Shown: positions 8,525-17,975 of the stretch, piece after piece
How the letters are laid out: each line of letters begins with the position of its first letter
Numbering within the stretch: position 1 is the stretch's first letter
Origin: an uncultured Candidatus Saccharibacteria bacterium
GTDB lineage: Bacteria > Patescibacteriota > Minisyncoccia > Phycocordibacterales > UBA9973
DNA: 64,000 nucleotides
Direction of reading: 5' to 3'
Assembly: GCA_964622505.1 (NCBI GenBank)
Contig: CAZUQJ010000002.1
Span: 71,905 to 135,904 of the forward strand
Notes under the pieces: model-generated
The model's input: only the letters and a program-made list of their open reading frames with translations
Database searches by the model: none
What the model was told of the DNA's origin: nothing
Made by a program: the position numbers and the translations under genes

Positions 8525-10117
8525 TTATTGATTAGTGCGAGGGCGGTATTGGAGGGCTTCTAGGATGTGGGGAATTTGGATGTGCTCGCTACTCTCTAGA
8601 TCGGCGATGGTGCGGGCGAGTTTGATGGTGCGGTGGTATGCGCGAGCAGAGAGTTGGAGATGCTCGGCACTCTGATTCAATATTTTCTTGACCTCGTCTG
8701 CGAGTGGTGCAAAAGTATTTAAATCTTTTGAATTCATATCGCTATTTGTTTTGATTTTTCTTGTAGCTTTTTTGAATCTTTTTTCTTGTATACTTCGTGC
8801 ATTTTTCACTCGACTCTTTATTATATTTGTCGGAGTGCTATTGAGATCTTTGCCCGAGAGTTCGTCGTAGCCGACGTTGCTGACGGTGACCCACATATCA
8901 ATACGGTCCATGATTGGCCCCGAAAGCTTGCGATTGTAGCGGTCCAGATCGGTTGGCTTACAAATGCACGCTTTCTGTTTGTTGCCTTTGTGTCCGCAAG
9001 GGCATGGGTTCATTGCAGCAATCAAAATAAAGTTGGAGGGGAATGTCGCTGAGCCTTTTGCACGCGAAATGGAGACGATGTTGTCTTCGAGTGGCTGGCG
9101 CAAAGATTCCAAAACACGTTTTTCAAATTCTGGAAATTCGTCCAGAAATAGGACGCCTTTGTGTGCGAGCGTCACTTCGCCAGGGCGTATATTTGCCCCA
9201 CCACCAATCATAGCGACATAGCTTGCAGTATGGTGTGGTGCACGAAATGGCGCATCGGTAATCAACTTGCCTTCAAGCATGCCAACGATAGAATGTATGC
9301 CAGTGATTTCTAAAATATCTTCGTTGTCGAGATCTGGAAGTATGTACGAAAATGCACGTGCAAGCATTGTCTTGCCAGTTCCTGGAGGACCCGATAGTGC
9401 AATGTTGTGTCCACCAGCGGCAGCGATTTCCAATCCCCTTTTGGCATTCTCTTGACCCTTCACATCTTGGAAATCGGTCCTATTTTCAACTACCGATTTT
9501 TCTATTATAGTTTTTGGGAATTTGGTAAGCTTTGGTTTCTCTTTCTCAAGCGGATTGCCTTTTTTGTCGTATCTAATTTTGTAAATATGATTGATCACTT
9601 CAATCAGAGTCTTTGCGCCATAAATGTCTATTCCATCTACAAGCCCCGCTTCTTCGGCATTGTCATAAGGCAAGAAAATTTCTTTGTAGCCCAAGCGTTT
9701 AGCCTCTTGTGTTAGTGGCAGAGCACCTTTTATAGGGCGGAGTTCCCCATTGAGTGACAACTCCCCGAGGAATACTCTACTTTCTGGGTCGAAATATGTT
9801 TGATTTGCAGAGAGCAAGTATGAGAGTGCTATACCTAGGTCGAAATACGACCCTTCTTTTTTCAAGTCAGCTGGCGAGAGTGATATGACCACCTTTTGAT
9901 TTTGGCTTTTTGGAGATTCGTAGCCAGAATTTTTGAGCGCAGAGCTCATGCGGTCTTTTGCTTCATCGACAGCTTTGTCGGGTAGCCCTACCATAGTAAA
10001 AGCGTGGAGAGTATTTGGAGTAATATCAACTTCTATCGTAACAATCTTGCCTTTTAGCATGTATGGTTGCGCCGCGTAGACTCTTGAGAATGACATAATA
10101 AATAGTATAGCAAACAA
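8525..10117 (-). CDS. comM: YifB/ComM family Mg-chelatase-like AAA+ ATPase
   Basis: Lon-like N-domain, Walker A LSGPPGTGKTMLARA, MNPCPCG zinc motif, C-terminal Mg-chelatase domain. Start may be the internal Met MSFSRVYAAQPYML. Confidence 0.9.
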   Translation of the reverse strand: MFAILFIMSFSRVYAAQPYMLKGKIVTIEVDITPNTLHAFTMVGLPDKAVDEAKDRMSSALKNSGYESPKSQNQKVVISLSPADLKKEGSYFDLGIALSYLLSANQTYFDPESRVFLGELSLNGELRPIKGALPLTQEAKRLGYKEIFLPYDNAEEAGLVDGIDIYGAKTLIEVINHIYKIRYDKKGNPLEKEKPKLTKFPKTIIEKSVVENRTDFQDVKGQENAKRGLEIAAAGGHNIALSGPPGTGKTMLARAFSYILPDLDNEDILEITGIHSIVGMLEGKLITDAPFRAPHHTASYVAMIGGGANIRPGEVTLAHKGVLFLDEFPEFEKRVLESLRQPLEDNIVSISRAKGSATFPSNFILIAAMNPCPCGHKGNKQKACICKPTDLDRYNRKLSGPIMDRIDMWVTVSNVGYDELSGKDLNSTPTNIIKSRVKNARSIQEKRFKKATRKIKTNSDMNSKDLNTFAPLADEVKKILNQSAEHLQLSARAYHRTIKLARTIADLESSEHIQIPHILEALQYRPRTNQ

Positions 10118-10123
10118 AATAGA

Positions 10124-10281
10124 AAAAATCCCCGAGAATAGTCCTTGAGAAATGACTTGCGCAGAAGCTTAGAAAATAAAGTATGTACTCAGGCTATTAT
10201 TTTCTTGAGCGACGAGCAGAGCAATTTTTCACCAGAAAAATATGTCGTGCATTTTGAGAGGAGCTATTCTCGGGGATTTTT
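10124..10281. repeat. 18-bp perfect inverted repeat (aaaaatccccgagaatag / ctattctcggggattttt) bracketing 122 bp
   Basis: Left arm 10124-10141, right arm 10264-10281, exact reverse complements; lies between the comM start and the dksA-like stop. Confidence 0.7.
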
Positions 10282-10287
10282 TAGTGG

Positions 10288-10638
10288 TTATACTAGATTC
10301 ATGCAGATCATGCACTTGCGGGCGCTTGGATTTACATCCAATCTTTCTTCTTCGATAGCGTCACCACATGTTTCGCACTTTCCAAATTTATTTTCTTCAA
10401 TTCTTTTGATCGCGTCCTCTATGTCTCGCATTCTTCGGCCAAGCGTGTCTGTTATGGCGCTACGTTCTTCGAAATCCTCGGTACGGCTTGCCATGTCGTT
10501 TTCATCTGCTTCGGGAGCAGTTTGACTCTCTGGGACTGCATGCCAGACACCAGTTACATCGTCGCGTTTTGCAATCGAAGATAATTCAATTTCTAAATTT
10601 TTCTTTTCTTCCGCTAATTTATTTTTGTGTTTGATCAT
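10288..10638 (-). CDS. DksA/TraR family C4 zinc-finger transcription factor
   Basis: C-terminal GKCETCGDAIEEERLDVNPSARKCMICMN (CxxC-N17-CxxC) after an acidic coiled-coil region. Confidence 0.75.
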   Translation of the reverse strand: MIKHKNKLAEEKKNLEIELSSIAKRDDVTGVWHAVPESQTAPEADENDMASRTEDFEERSAITDTLGRRMRDIEDAIKRIEENKFGKCETCGDAIEEERLDVNPSARKCMICMNLV

Positions 10639-10674
10639 ATGTGAATAATATATAATTTTTAATTAAAGTGCAAT

Positions 10675-11559
10675 CTACAAAGGCTTGGCGTTTTGAGTGC
10701 GTAGTCTCTTGATCGCCTCCACGATTACCTCTTTGTTGTCGGAGATCATGTATAGGTTTTGATTTATAAATACAGAGTAGATCAAAGGCTCGTTGTCGGT
10801 GCCAGTCAGCACCCGTGCGTCGGTATTGTTGATAACAGTATCTTCAAATGATTTTTGCAGAAGGACTTTTTTGTTCCCACTGATATTGATACCAAAGATT
10901 GTAGAGAATTCATCGAGGATTGTTTTCTCCCAAGCATATGACCCTGCCACAGCTTGGTCGTATGATGGTGATTTGAAGATAAAGAAAGTGCCTGTCTTGG
11001 CTTCTGCGTTTTGGCGGTACAAGCCGATCATAAAATTTGAATCCAATGACCTTTTAAATGAGCTCGGTATACTACTACCAACTGTCTCTAGGAAGTCTGT
11101 AGCACTGAGAGTTTTTTGTCCACCGATAGTAAAGACCACAGATTCGACAAGACCATTTTTATTTTTTGCGCGCTCCTCTCCCAGCACTCTTACTAAGTCC
11201 TCTCGGCCGGCAATAGTATCAGCCGGCAGAAGTGTCTGTGTGTCGCTTGGGATCAGCGTGGGAATTCCGGTTACTATTTCTGGATGAGTTGCTTCTATCT
11301 TGCCTTTCTTGTTGAGGTACTTGAATACAAATATTGCGCCTACAATAAGTATGATCGAGCAGATACCAAATACCAAAGCATAATTCTTTTGTTTTGTTGC
11401 TGTCTGCTTTTGAACTTCCCCTTCGCGACGACGTTGCTCGGCCATAGCGATCTTGATCACCGAGGCTTCGTTGTCGCGCACCATACTTGCCATATCGCCT
11501 GCATAGGTGTGTATGGTTTGTGACTTTTTATTTAGATTGATGTTATTTTGTTCGTCCAT
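10675..11559 (-). CDS. Hypothetical single-pass membrane protein
   Basis: TM helix YALVFGICSIILIVGAIFVF after a ~60 aa N-terminal segment; overlaps the pnp stop by 17 nt, implying co-transcription. Confidence 0.55.
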   Translation of the reverse strand: MDEQNNINLNKKSQTIHTYAGDMASMVRDNEASVIKIAMAEQRRREGEVQKQTATKQKNYALVFGICSIILIVGAIFVFKYLNKKGKIEATHPEIVTGIPTLIPSDTQTLLPADTIAGREDLVRVLGEERAKNKNGLVESVVFTIGGQKTLSATDFLETVGSSIPSSFKRSLDSNFMIGLYRQNAEAKTGTFFIFKSPSYDQAVAGSYAWEKTILDEFSTIFGINISGNKKVLLQKSFEDTVINNTDARVLTGTDNEPLIYSVFINQNLYMISDNKEVIVEAIKRLRTQNAKPL

Positions 11560-13672
11560 TAAAGAAATCCTTGTCAGCTTCTTTTATAGAAAGACTGATT
11601 TTACCTTTCTCGTCTACCTTTAGAACTTTGATCGGGACTATCTCCCCTTCCTTAAGAATATCAGAAATCTTCTCTACACGGAATGGGGCCATTTCGGAAA
11701 CGTGCACGAGACCCTCTGTATTACTATTGTTGATCTTTACAAAAGCGCCGAAGTCGACGATCTTGATCACTTCACCTTTAAACATATCACCTGCCTTGTA
11801 TTCGTATGTCATCTCGGCAATCATTTTGTGTGCCTTTTCTGCACCACCGTCTCGGCCTGTGATAAACACTGTGCCGTCTTCTTCGATTGTGATCTCGGTA
11901 CCAGTTGCTTCACGGATTGCATTGATGTTCTTGCCGCCTGGGCCTATAACCATACCGATCTGATCTTTCTTTATAAGGATGGTCATGATCTTTGGTGCGC
12001 GTGCCGAGATATCGGCACGTGGTTGCGCGATCACCCCGATGATTGCTTCGAGGATTTGCAAGCGCGCGTTCTTTGCTTTCACTAGCGCATCTTTGAGTAC
12101 CGGTAGTGGTACACCATCTACTTTAATATCGAGCTGGATTGCAGTGATACCATTTTTTGTCCCGGCAACTTTGAAGTCCATGTCACCATAGTGATCTTCT
12201 GGTCCTTGGATGTCAGTAATGAGTTTGTATTTTGTACTATCATTCTCGTCGATCATTGCACCGATCGAGATTCCGGCAACAGGACTTGTGATCGGCACAC
12301 CGCCATCCATAAGTGCTATTGTCATCGCACAGATACTTGCTTGCGAAGTGGAACCATTGGAAGCGGTGGATTCAGATACAACACGGATTGTGTAAGGGAA
12401 ATTTGTCTTGCTTGGCAGTACTGGAATCATTGCTTTTTCTGCGAGGAATCCATGACCCATTTCGCGACGGTTGATTCCGCCGACGCGACCAGTTTCACCA
12501 GCAGAGTATGGAGGGAAATTGTAATGATGCATAAATCTTTTCTTGAAACTATTCTCGATACCATCGATAGTGTGCATGCTTTCAGGGCCTCCAAGGGTTA
12601 GTACACTCATGACGTGCGTCTCGCCACGGTAAAATATTCCTGAGCCGTGTAACACATCCGAGATACCACCAGCTACTCCTGATAGGGCTCGAACTTCGTC
12701 GAGTCCACGCATGTCTGGGCGCATGTCGTTTTGTAATGCTTTGTCGTGGAGGGCTTTGTCGATATATGTTTCCAAGTAATCTTCGGCGATAAATTTCATC
12801 GCTTGGTCGTCTTCATATTTTTCTTCAACAAACTTTTTCCATTCGTGCTCGGCTTCGTGGATTGTCTTCTTACTTTCAGTTTTGCTAAACAATCCTTTGT
12901 CGAGGATTGGTACGATCAAACCGTTGAACAATTTAACAATTTCTTCTGTAGTCTCGGCTGTTGGGAATACCAATTTTTCTTTACCAAGTTCTGTGCGGAG
13001 CATCTTTTGGAAATTTTCCCACTTTGTGATCTCGGCTATAGCTAGGTCAAAGGCAGTGCCCATAGTTGGCTCATCGAGCTCAAAGGCCATCGCCTCGATC
13101 ATGTTGATAGTGTTGTCCTTTCCGCACACCATCAAGTCGAGTGCGTATACTGGCTCATCAGTTTGAGGGATATAGTTGTTTGCAACGATTGTTGGATTTT
13201 CTTTTGTACTACTTATATGTACGGCACCGATTGGACCTGCCCATGGGATGTCCGACATATGGAGTGCCACTGATGCCGCATTGATGCCGAGGGTCTTTGG
13301 ATCTGCTTCGCCTACTGCGATAACAGTTATGATTACTTGGACCGCATTCTTTATTCGGTGATCGAATAGCGGGCGGATAGTACGGTCGATCACACGTGCC
13401 GCAAGAATTGCTTGGTCGCTAGGTCGTCCTTCACGGCGCATAAATTGGCTTCCTAGGATCTTGCCAGCTGCATAAAACTTTTCTAAATATTCTACAGTAA
13501 GGTTGAAAAATCCAGGATTGGATTTGCCATCACGACTGATACAGGCTGTAGCCATAACTACAGTCCCCCCACTCTTTAGTATGACCGAGCCATTTGCTTG
13601 GTCTGCTAGGTCTGTAAACATAGCGACAATCTTCTTGCCACCAATCTCTACCTCAAATTCTTTTGTATTCAT
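11543..13672 (-). CDS. pnp: Polyribonucleotide nucleotidyltransferase (PNPase)
   Basis: Two RNase PH domains, KH domain (IIGPGGKNINAI) and C-terminal S1 domain; 709 aa. Confidence 0.95.
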   Translation of the reverse strand: MNTKEFEVEIGGKKIVAMFTDLADQANGSVILKSGGTVVMATACISRDGKSNPGFFNLTVEYLEKFYAAGKILGSQFMRREGRPSDQAILAARVIDRTIRPLFDHRIKNAVQVIITVIAVGEADPKTLGINAASVALHMSDIPWAGPIGAVHISSTKENPTIVANNYIPQTDEPVYALDLMVCGKDNTINMIEAMAFELDEPTMGTAFDLAIAEITKWENFQKMLRTELGKEKLVFPTAETTEEIVKLFNGLIVPILDKGLFSKTESKKTIHEAEHEWKKFVEEKYEDDQAMKFIAEDYLETYIDKALHDKALQNDMRPDMRGLDEVRALSGVAGGISDVLHGSGIFYRGETHVMSVLTLGGPESMHTIDGIENSFKKRFMHHYNFPPYSAGETGRVGGINRREMGHGFLAEKAMIPVLPSKTNFPYTIRVVSESTASNGSTSQASICAMTIALMDGGVPITSPVAGISIGAMIDENDSTKYKLITDIQGPEDHYGDMDFKVAGTKNGITAIQLDIKVDGVPLPVLKDALVKAKNARLQILEAIIGVIAQPRADISARAPKIMTILIKKDQIGMVIGPGGKNINAIREATGTEITIEEDGTVFITGRDGGAEKAHKMIAEMTYEYKAGDMFKGEVIKIVDFGAFVKINNSNTEGLVHVSEMAPFRVEKISDILKEGEIVPIKVLKVDEKGKISLSIKEADKDFFNGRTK

Positions 13673-13861
13673 ATTATGTGGGCTAATCTACAGACTCTAG
13701 TTTTGAAGCGGCAAGTAGGCCACTCAACTCTATTTGTCTGGAGATTAACGGTTACCTTTTAATAGACTCTTTATAGCACAAAAGCAGGTTTTTATAAATA
13801 GACAAAAGAAAAGCCCCAACCTAAGTCAGAGCGATTCAAAAATTTAGTACGGTGCTTAACT

Positions 13862-14149
13862 CTATGAAAAGAAGTCATCAGCGCGGCCAAAAGCTTTATA
13901 AAAACTAAAGGCTCCAAAGATTGGACAAAGAAACATCATCAAAATCAGATGAAAAATTCTTTCCCACTCTGGCAACGAACTGGCTGACACTTGTACCTTT
14001 TGTGAAAGATACGTAATACATAGATAGAACAATAAACCGCCGATAGCTATGAACACTAAACGCATCACGCCTATCATCAGAAAGCTGAATACAAGTGATA
14101 CATTAAAGAAGAAATCGGAAAGGTGTTGGCGACAAGTTTTTGTTTTCAT
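13862..14149 (-). CDS. Small hypothetical membrane protein
   Basis: 95 aa, two predicted TM helices; consensus promoter immediately upstream. Confidence 0.4.
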   Translation of the reverse strand: MKTKTCRQHLSDFFFNVSLVFSFLMIGVMRLVFIAIGGLLFYLCITYLSQKVQVSASSLPEWERIFHLILMMFLCPIFGAFSFYKAFGRADDFFS

Positions 14150-14178
14150 TTTTTTGCTATTAAGTTATATTTGTGTAT

Positions 14179-14208
14179 ATTATAGCACAAATACACCCTA
14201 TTTGTCAA
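14179..14208 (-). promoter_or_regulatory. Consensus sigma70 promoter (TTGACA-N18-TATAAT) reading leftwards
   Basis: Minus-strand TTGACA at 14208-14203 and TATAAT at 14184-14179; this is copy 1 of the duplicated cassette. Confidence 0.6.
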
Positions 14209-14210
14209 GT

Positions 14211-14240
14211 AAAAACCCCTTGTAAAATAAGGGTTTTTAA
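14211..14240. terminator. Hairpin terminator aaaacccctt-gtaaaat-aagggttttt
   Basis: GC stem with T/A runs on both sides, downstream of 14307..14861 (-); same element repeated at 14924..14952. Confidence 0.5.
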
Positions 14241-14306
14241 CGCGATCGGCAAAAGAAAAACCCACCGTGCTAAGATGGGTGTTCCATTAGTGGTGGGTTT
14301 TAAGAT

Positions 14307-14861
14307 TTAAGCTTGTTGTTCCTTGATTGAATTTGACCAATCTTTACGATAAATCAAACGAACTAAAGTGCCTACAACAGTTGAAATACTCGCGGTTCCT
14401 AAAATTACAAAGTAAGCTGCTTGAGGTGCAAAAAATAAAATAGTTGCTCCGGCTACTGTAAGATTGGCTGCAATACTGTATCTCGGATGTACAATTGCAA
14501 AGATCAAGCTTAGTGCAAAAAATGAATAAGCAGTGACATCAGCATTAACCATTCCGGAAAATTTGCAAAATAGCGCACTGGCAAGAAGTCCAATTAAGAT
14601 TCCGATAGGATATAACCCTCTGGCTACGTCGTCTCGGTCTGTTAATTTGAACCATTTCAATTCGCGAAGCATTACGATTCCAAAGAAGCTGATGGTTACC
14701 ACCAGTAGAAACTTGGGCAGGATCTCAGTAATTTCTTTCCAGGATACCATGTTTACCATTCGTCCAATTAGGACAGAAATTAAACAGGTTAAAAATAGGG
14801 TTAGAACATAGATCTTTGTGTACAGCTGTACAGTTGCGATGTTGTTTTTAGAGATTTTCAT
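14307..14861 (-). CDS. Hypothetical polytopic membrane protein
   Basis: ORF opens at 14969 but the likely start is ATG 14861 (MKISKNN...), downstream of the promoter at 14892-14921; 4-5 TM helices. Confidence 0.5.
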   Translation of the reverse strand: MKISKNNIATVQLYTKIYVLTLFLTCLISVLIGRMVNMVSWKEITEILPKFLLVVTISFFGIVMLRELKWFKLTDRDDVARGLYPIGILIGLLASALFCKFSGMVNADVTAYSFFALSLIFAIVHPRYSIAANLTVAGATILFFAPQAAYFVILGTASISTVVGTLVRLIYRKDWSNSIKEQQA

Positions 14862-14891
14862 GTTGTTTTTATTAAGTTTTCGATTTTGTAT

Positions 14892-14921
14892 ATTATAGCA
14901 CAAATACACTCTATTTGTCAA
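14892..14921 (-). promoter_or_regulatory. Consensus sigma70 promoter (TTGACA-N18-TATAAT), copy 2 of duplicated cassette
   Basis: Minus-strand TTGACA 14921-14916 and TATAAT 14897-14892; ~55 bp near-identical to 14176-14240. Confidence 0.6.
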
Positions 14922-14969
14922 GTAAAAACCCCTTGTAAAATAAGGAGTTTTTTGGAGGAGGGCTCTCAT

Positions 14970-16016
14970 TTATTTAGATAACTGCTCTTTGAAGTAGTTG
15001 ACCCACTTGATGTCGCTTGGGTCTTTTTCGTGGATGATACCTAGGGTATAGGCTAGATACATTGCCCTTTGCATGCCTATTAGGATCTGAGATAGTTTGC
15101 TCTCGCCTTGCATATCCACAGTTGTGTACTTTATCCCCTGTTTACTCAAGACATCTTTTGTCACTGCAATTCTTTTGTTTATTTTTTCAGAATATAAATT
15201 AGACTCGAAAAACATAAAATAAACTTTCTCTTTATTTGTATCTGGGAATTCCAAACCCTCCATCAAGTGGTGATTGAGCTCTGGGATCTCGTGCGTGAGC
15301 GCCAATGTCTTGGCAGTCTCGTGGATTTGGTTGCGAGTAAACCGGCCAAGGTTGGTGAGGTGTTCGCTGTACACTAGTACTGGCATTTTGTCTGCGATAT
15401 TTTGCGCATCCGTATACACTTCATCGATTTTGTTTTCGGTTTTAAAAGTTTCTTGCCAAGATGCCAACTCTACTAAAGCTTTTTCTACTTCTTCATTCGT
15501 AAGATTGCACACTTTGTAATCTGTACATATCTTTATCATCTCCATCATCATAAATCCTACGCCGAATCGTGGCTGGTTGCATGGGTTATATCCAGTATTT
15601 ATCTTTCTGATTTCTAAATTATTTTTAACTGCGATATTTTCTAGTTCGCCACCCACAGTGATGCAGGCTACTTGCGCGCCCTTTTCAATTGCGTGTGTTG
15701 TTGCAGAGAGTGTCTCTTCTGTACCACCCGAGTAACTGATTGCAAGCACTAGTGTGTCTTCACCAACCCATGCTGGTATATTGTAATCGTGGCTCATAGT
15801 GATAGGCACAGTGAAAATATTTAAAGATTGTAGTATGTATGCACCGAGCGCCGATCCACCCATACCAGCTACCAAAATATTTGTAACTTCTTTTCGTTCT
15901 CTGTCCTCACTTCCGCTCTCCCATGTTGCCTTGCATTGTTTAGGAAACAATTCTACAGACCCAAAAACATTTTTTGTATCGAATTTTTCTATCCCATTTT
16001 GAAATTTTGTATTCAT
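14970..16016 (-). CDS. SIS-domain bifunctional phosphoglucose/phosphomannose isomerase family protein
   Basis: SIS nucleotide-sugar motif ILVAGMGGSALGAYIL and second SIS-like half; 348 aa fits the PGI/PMI family. Confidence 0.6.
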   Translation of the reverse strand: MNTKFQNGIEKFDTKNVFGSVELFPKQCKATWESGSEDRERKEVTNILVAGMGGSALGAYILQSLNIFTVPITMSHDYNIPAWVGEDTLVLAISYSGGTEETLSATTHAIEKGAQVACITVGGELENIAVKNNLEIRKINTGYNPCNQPRFGVGFMMMEMIKICTDYKVCNLTNEEVEKALVELASWQETFKTENKIDEVYTDAQNIADKMPVLVYSEHLTNLGRFTRNQIHETAKTLALTHEIPELNHHLMEGLEFPDTNKEKVYFMFFESNLYSEKINKRIAVTKDVLSKQGIKYTTVDMQGESKLSQILIGMQRAMYLAYTLGIIHEKDPSDIKWVNYFKEQLSK

Positions 16017-16077
16017 TCTTGTATGTTAGCATTTTTTAAGATTTTTGAAAAAAGGTAAAAAAATGTATAATCTATAT

Positions 16078-17913
16078 ATGTGTGGAATAATCGGATATAT
16101 AGGGAAGCGTGAAGCCTTCCCCGTTCTTATAAAAGGCTTACAACGGCTCGAATACCGAGGCTACGACTCTGCTGGGGTCGCTATTGTAGCCGACGGGATG
16201 AAAGTCTTTAAAAAGAAAGGCAAAGTTGCCGAACTTTTGAAGCTGGCCGAGGGAGCTGATACAAAAGGTACTATTGGTATAGGTCATACAAGATGGGCGA
16301 CTCATGGTGAGCCGTCGGATAGAAATTCGCATCCGCATCTTTCGGAATCAGGATCGTTCGCTATAATTCACAACGGCATTATCGAGAATTATGTAGTACT
16401 CAAACAAGCGCTCGAAAAAGAGGGCCACACTTTCAAAAGTGATACCGACACCGAAGTCCTCGTACATCTAATAGAAACAATAAAAGAAAAAGATAAACTC
16501 TCATTACTCGAATCGGTGCGGAGTGCACTAACACAAGTTGTGGGTGCCTACGCCATAATTGTTATGGATGAGCATGACGCCGACACATTGATAGTGGCGC
16601 GTCGTGGTAGTCCGCTTGTGCTCGGTATAGGCGAAGAGGAATTTTTCATCGCATCCGATGCGTCGCCAATAGTAGAATATACAAAAAATGTTGTTTACTT
16701 GGAGGATAATCAAATCGCAATAGTTAAAAGAAATGGCGAATACAAAATATCTAGTATCGCCGGTGTGCCATACACTCCCTTTGTAGAGAAGCTGACGATG
16801 GAAGCCGAGATGCTCGAGAAGAATGGCTACGAGCACTACATGCAAAAAGAAATTTTTGAACAGTCACACACTATTGCCGATGCACTTCGTGGGCACATAC
16901 TACCGGATCGAACAGTGCACTTGCGGGGACTGGAAGAAATTTCCGGATCTATGGACATAGCACGCCGAATCATTATTGTGGCTTGTGGCACATCTTGGAT
17001 ATCTGGACTTGTGGGTGAGTACCTCATAGAATCTCTGGCACGAATGCCAGTAGAAGTAGAGTATGCATCAGAATTCCGCTACCGCAAACCAATTTTAAAT
17101 AAACACGACATCGTGATCGCCATTTCCCAATCGGGTGAAACAGCCGATACACTCGCCGCACTAAACTTGGCGAAAGAGTGTGGAGCAGTTACTTATGGTA
17201 TCTGCAATGTAGTCGGCTCATCGATTGCACGGATGACAGATGCCGGTTCGTACATACATGTGGGTCCCGAGATAGGGGTTGCTTCGACCAAAGCTTTTAC
17301 CGGACAGGTAGTCATACTATCACTACTTGCACTATTGCTTGCCAAAAGACGCGAAGCTCTTAGTGAGAGTGAATACAATACACTCGTTGATACACTATCC
17401 ACTATCGGTGACTCTGTAGACAAAGTTCTCAAGGAAGAAGATAAAATAAAAAAGATCGCAGAAATTTTGAAAGACAAAGAAAATGCTCTTTTCCTTGGCC
17501 GAGGGATACTCTTCCCTGTCGCGCTCGAAGGCGCACTCAAATTAAAAGAGATTTCCTACATCCATGCCGAGGGTTACCCAGCTGCGGAGATGAAACACGG
17601 CCCGATCGCATTGGTGGAAAAAGATTTCCCAGTAATTGTGGTAGCAACCAATGAGGCACTGATCGAAAAAGTAATTTCCAACGTGCAAGAAGTCAAAGCC
17701 CGTGGCGCGTTGACGATAGGAATTGTGCGTGAAGGTAGCAACGACACGAAAGATATTTTTGATCATACAATAGAGATCCCAAATGTCCCCGACGAATGGA
17801 TGCCGATCCTCTCTGTGCTTCCCCTCCAACTCCTCGCCTACCACACTGCAATACTGCGTGGTGCAGACGTAGACAAACCCCGCAACCTCGCAAAGTCAGT
17901 AACTGTAGAATAA
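16078..17913 (+). CDS. glmS: Glutamine--fructose-6-phosphate aminotransferase
   Basis: ORF opens at 16045 but the start is set at ATG 16078 so that Cys2 follows (MCGIIGYIG); two SIS domains; conserved C-terminus ...KSVTVE. Confidence 0.95.
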   Translation: MCGIIGYIGKREAFPVLIKGLQRLEYRGYDSAGVAIVADGMKVFKKKGKVAELLKLAEGADTKGTIGIGHTRWATHGEPSDRNSHPHLSESGSFAIIHNGIIENYVVLKQALEKEGHTFKSDTDTEVLVHLIETIKEKDKLSLLESVRSALTQVVGAYAIIVMDEHDADTLIVARRGSPLVLGIGEEEFFIASDASPIVEYTKNVVYLEDNQIAIVKRNGEYKISSIAGVPYTPFVEKLTMEAEMLEKNGYEHYMQKEIFEQSHTIADALRGHILPDRTVHLRGLEEISGSMDIARRIIIVACGTSWISGLVGEYLIESLARMPVEVEYASEFRYRKPILNKHDIVIAISQSGETADTLAALNLAKECGAVTYGICNVVGSSIARMTDAGSYIHVGPEIGVASTKAFTGQVVILSLLALLLAKRREALSESEYNTLVDTLSTIGDSVDKVLKEEDKIKKIAEILKDKENALFLGRGILFPVALEGALKLKEISYIHAEGYPAAEMKHGPIALVEKDFPVIVVATNEALIEKVISNVQEVKARGALTIGIVREGSNDTKDIFDHTIEIPNVPDEWMPILSVLPLQLLAYHTAILRGADVDKPRNLAKSVTVE

Positions 17914-17924
17914 ATCATGCATTA

Positions 17925-17960
17925 AAAAATCCCAAACTGAAAAGTTCGGGATTTTTTTAA
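17925..17960. terminator. Bidirectional hairpin terminator aatcccaaa-ctgaaaag-ttcgggatt
   Basis: Stem with one mismatch flanked by A run and T run, between convergent glmS and 17976..19373; loop is the reverse complement of the loop at 51441..51470. Confidence 0.55.
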
Positions 17961-17975
17961 GTTAAGATGTTCGGA

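Noticed and set aside
16017-16077. Possible glmS ribozyme upstream of glmS
   Set aside because: Only ~60 nt of AT-rich leader with no P1/P2 pseudoknot core; too short for the ~170-nt ribozyme.
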